From Gemmatimonadota bacterium (lineage in GTDB: Bacteria > Latescibacterota > UBA2968 > UBA8231), in the NCBI GenBank assembly GCA_038153405.1, contig JAYOYH010000089.1, forward strand, positions 1-11,195: a stretch of DNA of 11,195 bases, in the 5' to 3' direction. Positions within the stretch are counted from its first letter, which is position 1. Every line of letters starts with the position of its first letter. This document shows, piece after piece, positions 1 through 7,873 of this stretch. The translations under genes were made by a program, and so were the position numbers. The notes under the pieces are model-generated. The model was not told the DNA's origin, made no database searches, and saw nothing but the letters and a program-made list of their open reading frames with translations.

Positions 1-1306
1 CTTGTGGATTGGCCTGGGCTGGATTGCCGTCGTCGAGTGGATTCGAACGCGGGCTTCTACTGCCATAACGGCTGCGGTTGCAATCGTCGGCCTGGCGCTA
101 CCCGTTGGCGCGGCCTACAAGCTCTACCACGAGCAGGACCGCACCGGCGACTATATCGCCTACGACTACGCCTACAATATCCTGCAGACGTGCGAGCCCA
201 ATAGTATCCTCTTTACCAATGGCGACAACGACACGTTTCCGCTGTGGTATTTACAGGAGGTCGAGGGGCTGCGCCGCGACGTGCGCGTGGTCAACCTGAG
301 CCTGCTCAATACCAACTGGTACATCAAGCAGCTGCGCGACCGCGAACCCAAAATCGACATCAAACTCTCCGATGAATACATCGACTCCGTGCTAACGGAT
401 ACGCAGTTGGTCGACCTCTACAAGCGCCTGTGGCAGCAGCCCAAAACGCCGCCCGAATACAAGAAGCTCGGACTCGACGTCGAAATCGATGCGCAGCCCG
501 GACACGATTTGCTGCGCGTGCAGGACATCATGGTCATTGGCATTGTGTACTGGAACCAGTGGAAAAGGCCTCTCCACTTTGCCATCACCATTCCCAGCAA
601 TAACTACACCGGCCTCCTACCCTATATGGAGATGACCGGCATGACCATGAAGGTCACGCCGCAGCGCAATTCCGCATCGAGTATTGAAACGTTGGAGCGC
701 CATCTATTCGAAGTCTATAAGTTTCGCGGCTTAACTGACCCGCTCGTCTACAAGGACGAAAACAGTCGCCGGCTGCTGGGCAACTATCGCGCCTGTGTCT
801 TGCACCTAGCTGAACGCTACAACGAAGAAGGGCGCGACGACGACCTACAGGACCTTATGCGCTGGGCTGAAGAAACGATCTATATGAGCTGGGAGGGCTA
901 TTATACAGCGGCTGACTTCCTGCTGAAAATTGGCCAAAAAGACGCGGCCGGGTCCTATGTAAAAAACGCCGCCAATATGCTCATCGACCAGTATGGGGAG
1001 AGCGCTCTGGCCACCTACGACAATGTCCTTGCTCTGGCCGGCGTGTTGCTCAACCAGCCCTACTCGAAGTTTGAGCACGCCATTCCGCTCTATGAGCGCA
1101 TCATCGCTCTCGAACCGGCGCGTTGGAATGCATACTACGAACTGGCCGCTGCGCTGCAGGCCAAGGGCGATGTAGAAGCCGCTCTGAGCCTGCTGCAAAC
1201 CTATCGAGCCGAGTACGGTCAGGAACAGCGCCTGGTCGAGGCTGAGCGCATTCTGCAAAATGCTCTGCAGCAGAATGAGGGAGGCGAGAGCAGCGCCCTG
1301 CCGTGA
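1..1306 (+). CDS. DUF2723-domain (TMEM260-like, GT-C type) membrane protein, C-terminal part with TPR-like repeats; 5'-truncated by window edge
   Basis: Open frame from the window edge. Last TM segment(s) (ITAAVAIVGLALPVGAAY) are followed by the motif ILFTNGDNDTFPLWYLQEVEGLRRDVRVVNLSLLNTNWYIKQL, characteristic of bacterial DUF2723 proteins. C-terminal TPR-like helices (FEHAIPLYERIIALEPARWNAYYELAAALQAKGDVEAALSLL). The TTG at 2 is probably internal. Confidence 0.85.
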   Translation, partial: LWIGLGWIAVVEWIRTRASTAITAAVAIVGLALPVGAAYKLYHEQDRTGDYIAYDYAYNILQTCEPNSILFTNGDNDTFPLWYLQEVEGLRRDVRVVNLSLLNTNWYIKQLRDREPKIDIKLSDEYIDSVLTDTQLVDLYKRLWQQPKTPPEYKKLGLDVEIDAQPGHDLLRVQDIMVIGIVYWNQWKRPLHFAITIPSNNYTGLLPYMEMTGMTMKVTPQRNSASSIETLERHLFEVYKFRGLTDPLVYKDENSRRLLGNYRACVLHLAERYNEEGRDDDLQDLMRWAEETIYMSWEGYYTAADFLLKIGQKDAAGSYVKNAANMLIDQYGESALATYDNVLALAGVLLNQPYSKFEHAIPLYERIIALEPARWNAYYELAAALQAKGDVEAALSLLQTYRAEYGQEQRLVEAERILQNALQQNEGGESSALP

Positions 1307-2337
1307 GCGAGCCCGTAACCATCGTCATACCGCACTATCGCGCCGCAGTACTGCTCGACTGCCTGCAGTCGCTCTACGAACACAGCGACTGGCCGATTCG
1401 CGTGCTGGTCATAGACGACGGGGGCAACGCGCCCAGCATGCAGCAGGCGGCGGCGCGCTTCCCGCAGATCGAAGTCCTGCGCAACGAGCGCAATATGGGT
1501 TTCACCGGTTCGTGCAACCGCGGACTGCAAGCGGCGCAGAGTCGCTATGCGGTCCTACTCAACGACGATACGCGCGTCGCACCCGGCTGGCTGCGGCCGC
1601 TGGTCGAATGCGCCGAAAGCAATCCGCACATCGCCGCCTGTCAGCCCAAGCTACTCTCGGCCACTGACGAACGGTATTTTGATTACGGCGGCGGAGCAGG
1701 CGGCTATATCGATGCGCTCGGCTATACGTTTTGCCGAGGACGCCTCTTCGACCAGCGCGAAGTCGACAGCGGACAGTACGACCGCGAAGTGCCGCTGTTC
1801 TGGGCGTGCGGCTCAGCGCTTTTTCTGCGCGTCGATGCAGCGCGCGCGCTGGACTTTCTCGACCTAGACTATTTTATGCACTTTGAAGAAATCGACCTTT
1901 GCTGGCGCCTGCAGCTGGCGGGCTACCGCATCTGGGCGGTGCCCCGTTCCGTGGTCTACCACCACTCCGGATTCTCGCTGCCACCGACCTCTTTTCGCAA
2001 GACCTATTTAAATCATCGCAATAACTTGGTCATGCACTGTAAAAACCAACTATTCCCCCGCCTGCTGTGGCTACTGGCGCTGCGCCTGCCGCTGGAACTG
2101 CTGGCCAGTGTAGGCTACTTGGCACAGCGACGCTGGAGCAGCGCGGCAGCACCGATAGCGGCTCTGCTCTGGTGTGCGAGCCATCCCCTCAACATTCTTC
2201 GCCGCCGCCGCCACAGCCAGCGCCTGCGCAAAACGGCCGCGCGCGACGGCATCTACTCCGGCAGCTTGCTCTACCAGTACTACGCGCGCGGCGCGCGGCG
2301 CGCGGCCGACCTGATAGACGAGGGGAATGCCGCGTGA
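1303..2337 (+). CDS. Family 2 glycosyltransferase (GT-A fold, WbbL/rhamnosyltransferase-like subgroup)
   Basis: VTIVIPHY, VLVIDDG, RNERNMGFTGSCNRG, VLLNDD (DxD-like), FWACGSALFLR, YFMHFEEIDLCWR, VVYHH motifs. GTG start overlaps the upstream stop (GTGA 1303-1306). Confidence 0.93.
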   Translation: MSEPVTIVIPHYRAAVLLDCLQSLYEHSDWPIRVLVIDDGGNAPSMQQAAARFPQIEVLRNERNMGFTGSCNRGLQAAQSRYAVLLNDDTRVAPGWLRPLVECAESNPHIAACQPKLLSATDERYFDYGGGAGGYIDALGYTFCRGRLFDQREVDSGQYDREVPLFWACGSALFLRVDAARALDFLDLDYFMHFEEIDLCWRLQLAGYRIWAVPRSVVYHHSGFSLPPTSFRKTYLNHRNNLVMHCKNQLFPRLLWLLALRLPLELLASVGYLAQRRWSSAAAPIAALLWCASHPLNILRRRRHSQRLRKTAARDGIYSGSLLYQYYARGARRAADLIDEGNAA

Positions 2338-3299
2338 AGCGCGTTCTCAACATCGTCGCAAAGCTCGTCGTCAGCGCCGGCCTCATCGCCTATTTGGCCT
2401 CGGGTATGAATTGGCAGGAATTGGGCGCCATCTTCGCCCAACTATCGCTGAACTTTTTCGCCTTGGCCGTTTTCTTTTTTCTCCTCAGCAATACGCTGGG
2501 GTCCGTGCAGTGGTATCTGCTACTGCGCGCACAGAATTTGCCCATACGCTTTACACAGGCGCTGTTGTTCTATTTTGTAGGCGTCTTTTTCAACAACGTG
2601 CTGCTGGGCAATATCGGCGGCGACGCCATGCGCATCTACGATATACGCCGCCTGACGGGCGAGAGCAGCGGCGGTGTAGCAGCTACTGTGATGGACCGCC
2701 TGATCGGCCTCTTTTCCACCTGCTGTCTGGCGCTGGCCTCCTATCCCTTTATCGCCGCTACGGCGAGTAAAAGCAGCCTGCTGGTCTCCGTGCTGATTCC
2801 CGTGTGGCTCGGCCTAATTGTCGTGCTAACCATGGGCCTGAGCCGGCGCATCGGCTCATTCATCGAGCGCATCCTAACGGGCTTTCTGCCCGCCTCTATC
2901 GCCGGTTTAGTGAGCAAGCTGCGGCGCAGCGTCGTAGTTTACCGCGATCGCGTTCCGCTCCTAGCCGGCGTTTGGGGCATCTCGCTCAGCGTCCAGTTCT
3001 GCCGCATCCTCGTCTACTGGTCAGCAGGTCTGGCCATCGGTATGCTACCTGGCCTACTCTACTTCATGTCCTTCCAGCCCATAGCCGCCGTCATTGCCTC
3101 ACTGCCCATTTCGATCGGTGGACTCGGCGTGCGAGAAAATACGCTAGTCGGACTCTTTGGCGGACTCGGATTTGCACCAGAGGTGTCCACCGCCATGTCG
3201 CTGTTGGGCTATCTGGCCGGCATTCTCGCCAGCCTATTCGGCGGCATAGCCTTTGTCGTGCGTCGCGTCGAATCCGCCCCATCGGAAAATCGCCCATGA
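2334..3299 (+). CDS. Lysylphosphatidylglycerol synthase TM-domain / UPF0104 flippase-like integral membrane protein
   Basis: Multiple hydrophobic segments with family motifs QWYLLL, GVFFNNVLLGNIGGDAMR, VMDRLIGL, LPISIGGLGVRE. Start reassigned from 2067 to GTG 2334 (MKRVLNIVAKLVVSAGLIAYL), which overlaps the GT2 stop (GTGA). Confidence 0.88.
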   Translation: MKRVLNIVAKLVVSAGLIAYLASGMNWQELGAIFAQLSLNFFALAVFFFLLSNTLGSVQWYLLLRAQNLPIRFTQALLFYFVGVFFNNVLLGNIGGDAMRIYDIRRLTGESSGGVAATVMDRLIGLFSTCCLALASYPFIAATASKSSLLVSVLIPVWLGLIVVLTMGLSRRIGSFIERILTGFLPASIAGLVSKLRRSVVVYRDRVPLLAGVWGISLSVQFCRILVYWSAGLAIGMLPGLLYFMSFQPIAAVIASLPISIGGLGVRENTLVGLFGGLGFAPEVSTAMSLLGYLAGILASLFGGIAFVVRRVESAPSENRP

Positions 3300-4453
3300 C
3301 CACCGTGCGCCTCGGCTGCCAACGTCTACTCGATGACGCCGTCGACCTGATTGCCCACCGCCGCGTTGGGTTGATTACCAACCACTCCGGCGTCGACGCT
3401 CATCTCGTCGCTATCGCCGACCGCCTACACGCCCATGCGCACTGCGAGTTGGTCGCCCTATTCGGCCCGGAACACGGCATTCGCGGTGCGGCCCAAGACG
3501 GCGAAAAGGTCGGCACGTTTCGCGATCCGCAAACCGGCATAGCGGCCTATAGCCTCTACGGCGAAACGCGCCAGCCCAGCGCCGAGATGCTCGATGGCAT
3601 TGAGCTGATGCTCTTCGACATTCAGGACGTCGGCGTGCGCTTCTACACCTATTTGTATACGATGAGCATGAGCATGGAGGCCTGCGCTCAGCACGGCGTG
3701 CCCTTCGCCGTACTCGATCGCCCAAACCCCATCGGCGGCACGGCCTGTGCCGGCAACGTGCTCGACCCGTCCTTTGCCTCCTTTGTCGGCCGCTATCCCA
3801 TTCCCATCCGCTACGGATTGACCATTGGTGAACTCGCCCGACTCTTCAACGAAGAATTTGCCATCGGCGCCGATCTCCACGTCGTCGAACTGGAACATTG
3901 GCAGCGCGCGCAATACTGGGACGATCTCGGCTTGCCCTGGGTGCCGCCGTCGCCCAATATGCCGACCCTCGATACGGCCATAGCCTATCCGGGCACCTGT
4001 TTCTTTGAGGGAACCAACGTCTCGGAAGGACGCGGTACGACGAGGCCCTTTGAGCAAGTTGGCGCCCCCTTTGTCGACGGTCACCGCCTAGCCGATGCGC
4101 TTAACGATATGCAGATGCCGGGTGTGCGTTTTCGTTCCGTATACTTCCAACCAAGCGCCAGCAAGCACGCCGGACACGTGTGCCAAGGCGTGCAGCTGCA
4201 CGTGGTCGAGCGCGACGTGTTTGATCCCATCCGCACCGGCTTTGCTGCGCTTATTGCGCTGCGCGCTCAGTGCCCAGACGACTTTGCTTGGCGCATTCCT
4301 TCAGGTGGAATTCACAACTTTGATCGCCTAGCCGGCGGCGAAGATATTCGCCGCGCCATCGAGGCCGAATGCGATGTAGACCAACTGATGGCTGCATGGC
4401 AGGGCGACCTCGATAGCTTTGCCGCCGTGCGCCAGCGCTATCTACTCTACTGA
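3296..4453 (+). CDS. namZ: Exo-beta-N-acetylmuramidase NamZ family (DUF1343/YbbC, GH171)
   Basis: Motifs RVGLITNHSG, LFGPEHG, FDIQDVGVRFYTY, LDRPNP, WVPPSPNMP, YPGTCFFEGTNVSEGRGT and C-terminal RQRYLLY. Start reassigned from 2804 to ATG 3296, overlapping the upstream stop (ATGA). Confidence 0.92.
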   Translation: MTTVRLGCQRLLDDAVDLIAHRRVGLITNHSGVDAHLVAIADRLHAHAHCELVALFGPEHGIRGAAQDGEKVGTFRDPQTGIAAYSLYGETRQPSAEMLDGIELMLFDIQDVGVRFYTYLYTMSMSMEACAQHGVPFAVLDRPNPIGGTACAGNVLDPSFASFVGRYPIPIRYGLTIGELARLFNEEFAIGADLHVVELEHWQRAQYWDDLGLPWVPPSPNMPTLDTAIAYPGTCFFEGTNVSEGRGTTRPFEQVGAPFVDGHRLADALNDMQMPGVRFRSVYFQPSASKHAGHVCQGVQLHVVERDVFDPIRTGFAALIALRAQCPDDFAWRIPSGGIHNFDRLAGGEDIRRAIEAECDVDQLMAAWQGDLDSFAAVRQRYLLY

Positions 4454-4470
4454 GAAGGCCTACCGGGCAG

Positions 4471-4498
4471 TTGACTCCGCAGCGATTGGCGGCACATT
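4471..4498 (+). promoter_or_regulatory. Possible sigma70-type promoter upstream of yqgE
   Basis: TTGACT (4471-4476), 16 nt, then CACATT (4493-4498). The -10 is weak; CATAAT at 4499-4504 is too far from the -35. Confidence 0.35.
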
Positions 4499-4509
4499 CA
4501 TAATACGCC

Positions 4510-4544
4510 GCGCTCGAACGCAATTAGCCCGAGCGCATTTTTTT
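4510..4544 (+). terminator. Intrinsic terminator-like hairpin between namZ and yqgE
   Basis: GCGCTCG (4510-4516), 13-nt loop, CGAGCGC (4530-4536), followed by ATTTTTTT (4537-4544). Confidence 0.55.
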
Positions 4545-4557
4545 GGGAAGGGTTACC

Positions 4558-5148
4558 ATGCCGGCTCCCCTGCAGAAGGGCACCATATTGGCAGCCAGCC
4601 AAGAACTGCAAGAAGACTATTTCGCGCGCTCTGTCATACTCATTATCCACCACAGCGCTGACGATGGCAGCATGGGGCTCATTGTCAACCGTCCCATGGG
4701 CGAAAAGGTGCAAATCGACTCGAGCGACGAACTGATGCGCTTTGCCGAAAGCGAGCAGACTGGGGCCGGCGTTAGCCATCTGTTCTTTGAGGGAGGTCCC
4801 GTCGACCGCGGCTACCTGTTTTACTTACACCGCCTCAGCCATATCATTGCCAACGGCAATCCCGTTATCGAAGACCTACACTGGGGCGGCGACCTCGACG
4901 CCGTGCGCGCCGAACCCGAAGTAGTCGCGGCCAAAGACCCGCTGCTCCGCTTCTATTTGGGCTACGCGGGCTGGGAACAGGGCCAGCTCGAGCGAGAGAT
5001 CGAAACCGGTGCCTGGATCCTGGCACCCGGCGACGTCGACTTAGTGCTTTCGTCCAGCACGGATTCGATGTGGCGCGACGTGCTCTATTCGCTCGGCGGC
5101 AAGTACCGCGCTATAGCCGAACTCCCCGTCGATCCATCCGTCAACTAA
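4558..5148 (+). CDS. yqgE: YqgE/AlgH family protein (UPF0301, DUF179)
   Basis: FARSVILI, GSMGLIVNRP, EGGPV, RFYLGYAGWEQGQLEREI..GAW and C-terminal PVDPSVN. ATG 4558 is preceded by GGGAAGGG and is preferred over TTG 4543. Confidence 0.92.
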   Translation: MPAPLQKGTILAASQELQEDYFARSVILIIHHSADDGSMGLIVNRPMGEKVQIDSSDELMRFAESEQTGAGVSHLFFEGGPVDRGYLFYLHRLSHIIANGNPVIEDLHWGGDLDAVRAEPEVVAAKDPLLRFYLGYAGWEQGQLEREIETGAWILAPGDVDLVLSSSTDSMWRDVLYSLGGKYRAIAELPVDPSVN

Positions 5149-5154
5149 CCGCAT

Positions 5155-5194
5155 AAAAAAGCGGTCCGGGCATATCGCACCCGAACCGCTCTTC
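5155..5194 (-). terminator. Intrinsic terminator for phyH-like gene, probably bidirectional
   Basis: On minus: AGCGGTTCGGG-loop-CCCGGACCGCT (one G-U pair) followed by a T run (A run 5155-5160 on +). It lies between convergent genes; on + it is followed by the weaker CTTCT. Confidence 0.8.
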
Positions 5195-5214
5195 TACCTA
5201 AGCCGTATGCGCGG

Positions 5215-6195
5215 TCAGCAGACCATGCCGCGTTTGGCGCGAATGCCATGCGCCGGCGGATCGTCGCCGATCCAGCGATCGTCGACCGGCTCGCTGGTCA
5301 GCTGGTAGCGCGAGTCCGACGACAGGCGAATATATTCCGTCTGGTTGTCCGAACTAGCGTGCATGATGTGCATGCAAAATATCAGCACGTCGCCCATCCG
5401 GTACTCATCCAACAGCCAGCGCCCGCCCCACTGCTGGCGCGTGGCAATGGCATCTGGTGAGTACGCGCCCGTCGAGTTCCAGCGAATCTGCTGCCGTTCC
5501 TCGCCAGTCAGTTCGCGCCCGGTCGCCTGCGCTGCGGCGACAATTTCACCGGCATCGCCCTCGTTCTGGCAGTAGAGATCGACGTCCGTCTGCCCGTAGC
5601 CCTGCACCAATTCCTCGTGCTCGTGCGACTTTTCCAACATCATGAGGCCCCCCATTTCAAAGGGCACGTCGCTAAATGGCGTCCACGACGTGTAGAGATC
5701 CGGCGTGCCGCGTCCCATATAGACAAAGTCGTAGTGCGGCGTCGTCGCCGTATTGATGCCCGGCGGCTTAGCGCGAAACCACGTGTAGTCGAAATGGCGC
5801 ACTGGACCGCCGAGAAAAAACTCGTAGAACTGCATCATCGCCCCATCGTAGATAACCTTTGACAGCGGCGCGTTATCGCGCGCCAATTGGGGCATAAAAG
5901 GCCCCGTCGCCGCCGCATCGATCTGCGCTTGTGGTGCAACGGCACATTCCATGACCGGGCGCGCGTAGTCTAGCATGCCCGCCTTAAAAAGCCGATCGCA
6001 CAGTTCGCGGCGCGCCTCGACCACCCGATCGCGGTCGAGTAAGCCCGGCAGAAACAAATAGCCATCTTCGCGCATGCGCTGATGTAATTCATCGCGGTCG
6101 TGCAGCGCATCGTCCGAACGACGCAGCAGGCCGACCTGCTCCATGTCGAGCGCGTTGCCTCCATAGGTCAACTGCGGAATGTCCACAACGCTCAT
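5215..6195 (-). CDS. Phytanoyl-CoA dioxygenase (PhyH) family Fe(II)/2-oxoglutarate dioxygenase
   Basis: REDGYLFLPGLL N-terminal motif, HxD (TTPHYD), YTSWTPFSD..GGLMML, distal His (IMHAS) and RLSSDSRYQ. ATG 6195 has GGGGAG about 6 nt upstream; ATG 6210 is the alternative. Confidence 0.9.
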   Translation of the reverse strand: MSVVDIPQLTYGGNALDMEQVGLLRRSDDALHDRDELHQRMREDGYLFLPGLLDRDRVVEARRELCDRLFKAGMLDYARPVMECAVAPQAQIDAAATGPFMPQLARDNAPLSKVIYDGAMMQFYEFFLGGPVRHFDYTWFRAKPPGINTATTPHYDFVYMGRGTPDLYTSWTPFSDVPFEMGGLMMLEKSHEHEELVQGYGQTDVDLYCQNEGDAGEIVAAAQATGRELTGEERQQIRWNSTGAYSPDAIATRQQWGGRWLLDEYRMGDVLIFCMHIMHASSDNQTEYIRLSSDSRYQLTSEPVDDRWIGDDPPAHGIRAKRGMVC

Positions 6196-6233
6196 CGCCT
6201 TCTCCCCCATCTGAATTCTGAATAGTGTATAAA

Positions 6234-6263
6234 AAGCTAAGCGGATACGACGCCGTCGGTCAA
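6234..6263 (-). promoter_or_regulatory. Possible internal sigma70-type promoter for the PhyH-family gene
   Basis: On minus: TTGACC (6263-6258), 18 nt, TAGCTT (6239-6234), followed by an AT-rich stretch in the mlrC-phyH gap. Confidence 0.45.
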
Positions 6264-6270
6264 GCCGATT

Positions 6271-7755
6271 TCAGCCCAGCGGCGCGATGGGCCGCGGCAC
6301 GTGGCGAAAGGCAAAACGCCTCAGATCGCTCGTCCCAAGCCCCGGCGTATCGACGTAAAAACTGGCCTTCAGAATGGGGTCGTAGGCCGCCTTGTGCGAA
6401 ACGGCTGCCTTGATACCGACCATGTAGAGCTGTTCGGGCACAATGCCCTGCGAGCGCAGCTGTCCCAAATCCATCGGCGGCGTCTTCAAGGTCGTCAGCA
6501 GGATGCGCACGCCGCGGTGGCGCACGACGGCGCACAATCCCATATCGACGTGGCGGCCGACCAGCGAAGCCAAATGCGAGTGGGGATTTTCCAAGTCAAA
6601 CTTTCCGTCGGTCAAGTTTTCGAGTTGTAGATCCAAGTCGAGCGTCGGACCGTGCTGGCGGTCGACCTTACCGCCGATGGGCAAGTGCAGGCGATCGCCC
6701 ATACTGGCGCTGTGACAGGCGCGCACGGCCTGCGGATCGTTTATCACCACGGCGGCATTGTCCACCTCGTAGCGCAGCAGCGCCTGCAGAATGCCGGTGC
6801 CGTCGCCCGGCGTGCCGCCGCCGATATTATCCGACGGCTCAATCAGACCAATCGGCCCCGCTCCATGGCGCAGCGCATTGGGTAGCGCCTCATCGACCGG
6901 CGGGTCGAGTGGGTTACCCTCCTCTACGCGGGTCAGCACCGCCTCGGCCAACGGCGCCAGCAGGTGCTGTGCCCTAGTCGCATCGCCCGTAGTCGTAGCC
7001 ACTAGCGCAAAACCGGCACAGGCGATATCGGCGTAGGCAAAGCCCGGCAGCACGCATACCTCCAGCAACTCGGGGTATCGCGCTTCGAGAGCGCGGGCCG
7101 CCGCTTCAAAACTACGCATAGGCTCGTTGGCCGTGCCCGTGCCCACCGGCGCATACAGTGCTCCGGGCTTGACGCAGACGACGCGCGGCCGCTCACCCGA
7201 CTGCATGGTGCGATCGAGCAACTGCGCAGCGCGCACGCCGGCCTGCCGCGCATCCGTGTGTGGGTTCTCGCGATATCCCGTAAAGATTGTGCCGTACTGC
7301 GCCATCTCGGCGCTGAAATTGGCGTGCAGGTCGAGATCGGCGGCAATCGGAATATGCGGCCCGACTTTGCCGCGCACGCGCCGCAGCACCTCGCCCTCGG
7401 CATCGGCAAACGACGCGCAGACCATAGCGCCGTGCAAGATGAGCAACACGCCGTCAAGCCCATTTATGAGCGCTGCCTCTAAATCGCATTCGACCTCGCT
7501 CCACCACACGCTCAGCACTTCGTCTTCGACCGTTCCCGAGGGCATAGCCGCCCCGTAGCGCGAGGCGTAAATCTGCCAGCCCATGGCATCGGCCACTTCG
7601 AGCGCACCGCCCATGGGTGACAGATCTCCGCGGCAATAGTCCAGCATCGACTGCCCGCGGCGCCAGACCATCTCTTCAAAACGCGCCCGTTCTGTATGCT
7701 CGGCAAGAAAGGTGTGCGTTTCGTGCACTAAACCAGCAATCAGTACTCTCTTCAT
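6271..7755 (-). CDS. M81 family metallopeptidase (MlrC-like)
   Basis: MKRVLIAGLVHETHTF, LILHGAMV, DAEGE, DLDLHAN, YRENPHTD, SDNIGGGTPGDGT, IKAAVSHKAAY motifs. SD AAGGGAG 5 nt before ATG 7755. Confidence 0.92.
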   Translation of the reverse strand: MKRVLIAGLVHETHTFLAEHTERARFEEMVWRRGQSMLDYCRGDLSPMGGALEVADAMGWQIYASRYGAAMPSGTVEDEVLSVWWSEVECDLEAALINGLDGVLLILHGAMVCASFADAEGEVLRRVRGKVGPHIPIAADLDLHANFSAEMAQYGTIFTGYRENPHTDARQAGVRAAQLLDRTMQSGERPRVVCVKPGALYAPVGTGTANEPMRSFEAAARALEARYPELLEVCVLPGFAYADIACAGFALVATTTGDATRAQHLLAPLAEAVLTRVEEGNPLDPPVDEALPNALRHGAGPIGLIEPSDNIGGGTPGDGTGILQALLRYEVDNAAVVINDPQAVRACHSASMGDRLHLPIGGKVDRQHGPTLDLDLQLENLTDGKFDLENPHSHLASLVGRHVDMGLCAVVRHRGVRILLTTLKTPPMDLGQLRSQGIVPEQLYMVGIKAAVSHKAAYDPILKASFYVDTPGLGTSDLRRFAFRHVPRPIAPLG

Positions 7756-7792
7756 ATCGTCTCCCTTGCGCTACGCTCCGCAACCACACTAG

Positions 7793-7820
7793 TTGACCAA
7801 AATCCCATAAGCCGTAGTTT
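7793..7820 (+). promoter_or_regulatory. Possible sigma70-type promoter for the DD-carboxypeptidase gene
   Basis: TTGACC (7793-7798), 16 nt, TAGTTT (7815-7820), in the divergent intergenic region. Confidence 0.45.
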
Positions 7821-7873
7821 TATCGTTCCCCCCGCGCTTCCCGCATACATCGACTTTTCTACAGGCGAAGACC

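Noticed and set aside
2067..2333. N-terminal extension of the 410-aa ORF
   Set aside because: Overlaps the GT2 gene in another frame with low-complexity Arg/Pro/Ala sequence; the GTGA overlap at 2334 gives a family-typical start.
2804..3295. N-terminal extension of the 549-aa NamZ ORF
   Set aside because: Arg-rich shadow frame of the membrane protein gene; NamZ similarity starts at ATG 3296.
3458..4084. 208-aa antisense ORF within namZ
   Set aside because: Antisense shadow typical of high-GC coding DNA; no recognisable motifs.
6271..7755. Microcystin degradation (mlr) cluster
   Set aside because: Only an MlrC-family gene is present, with no mlrA/mlrB/mlrD; the family is widespread beyond microcystin degraders.
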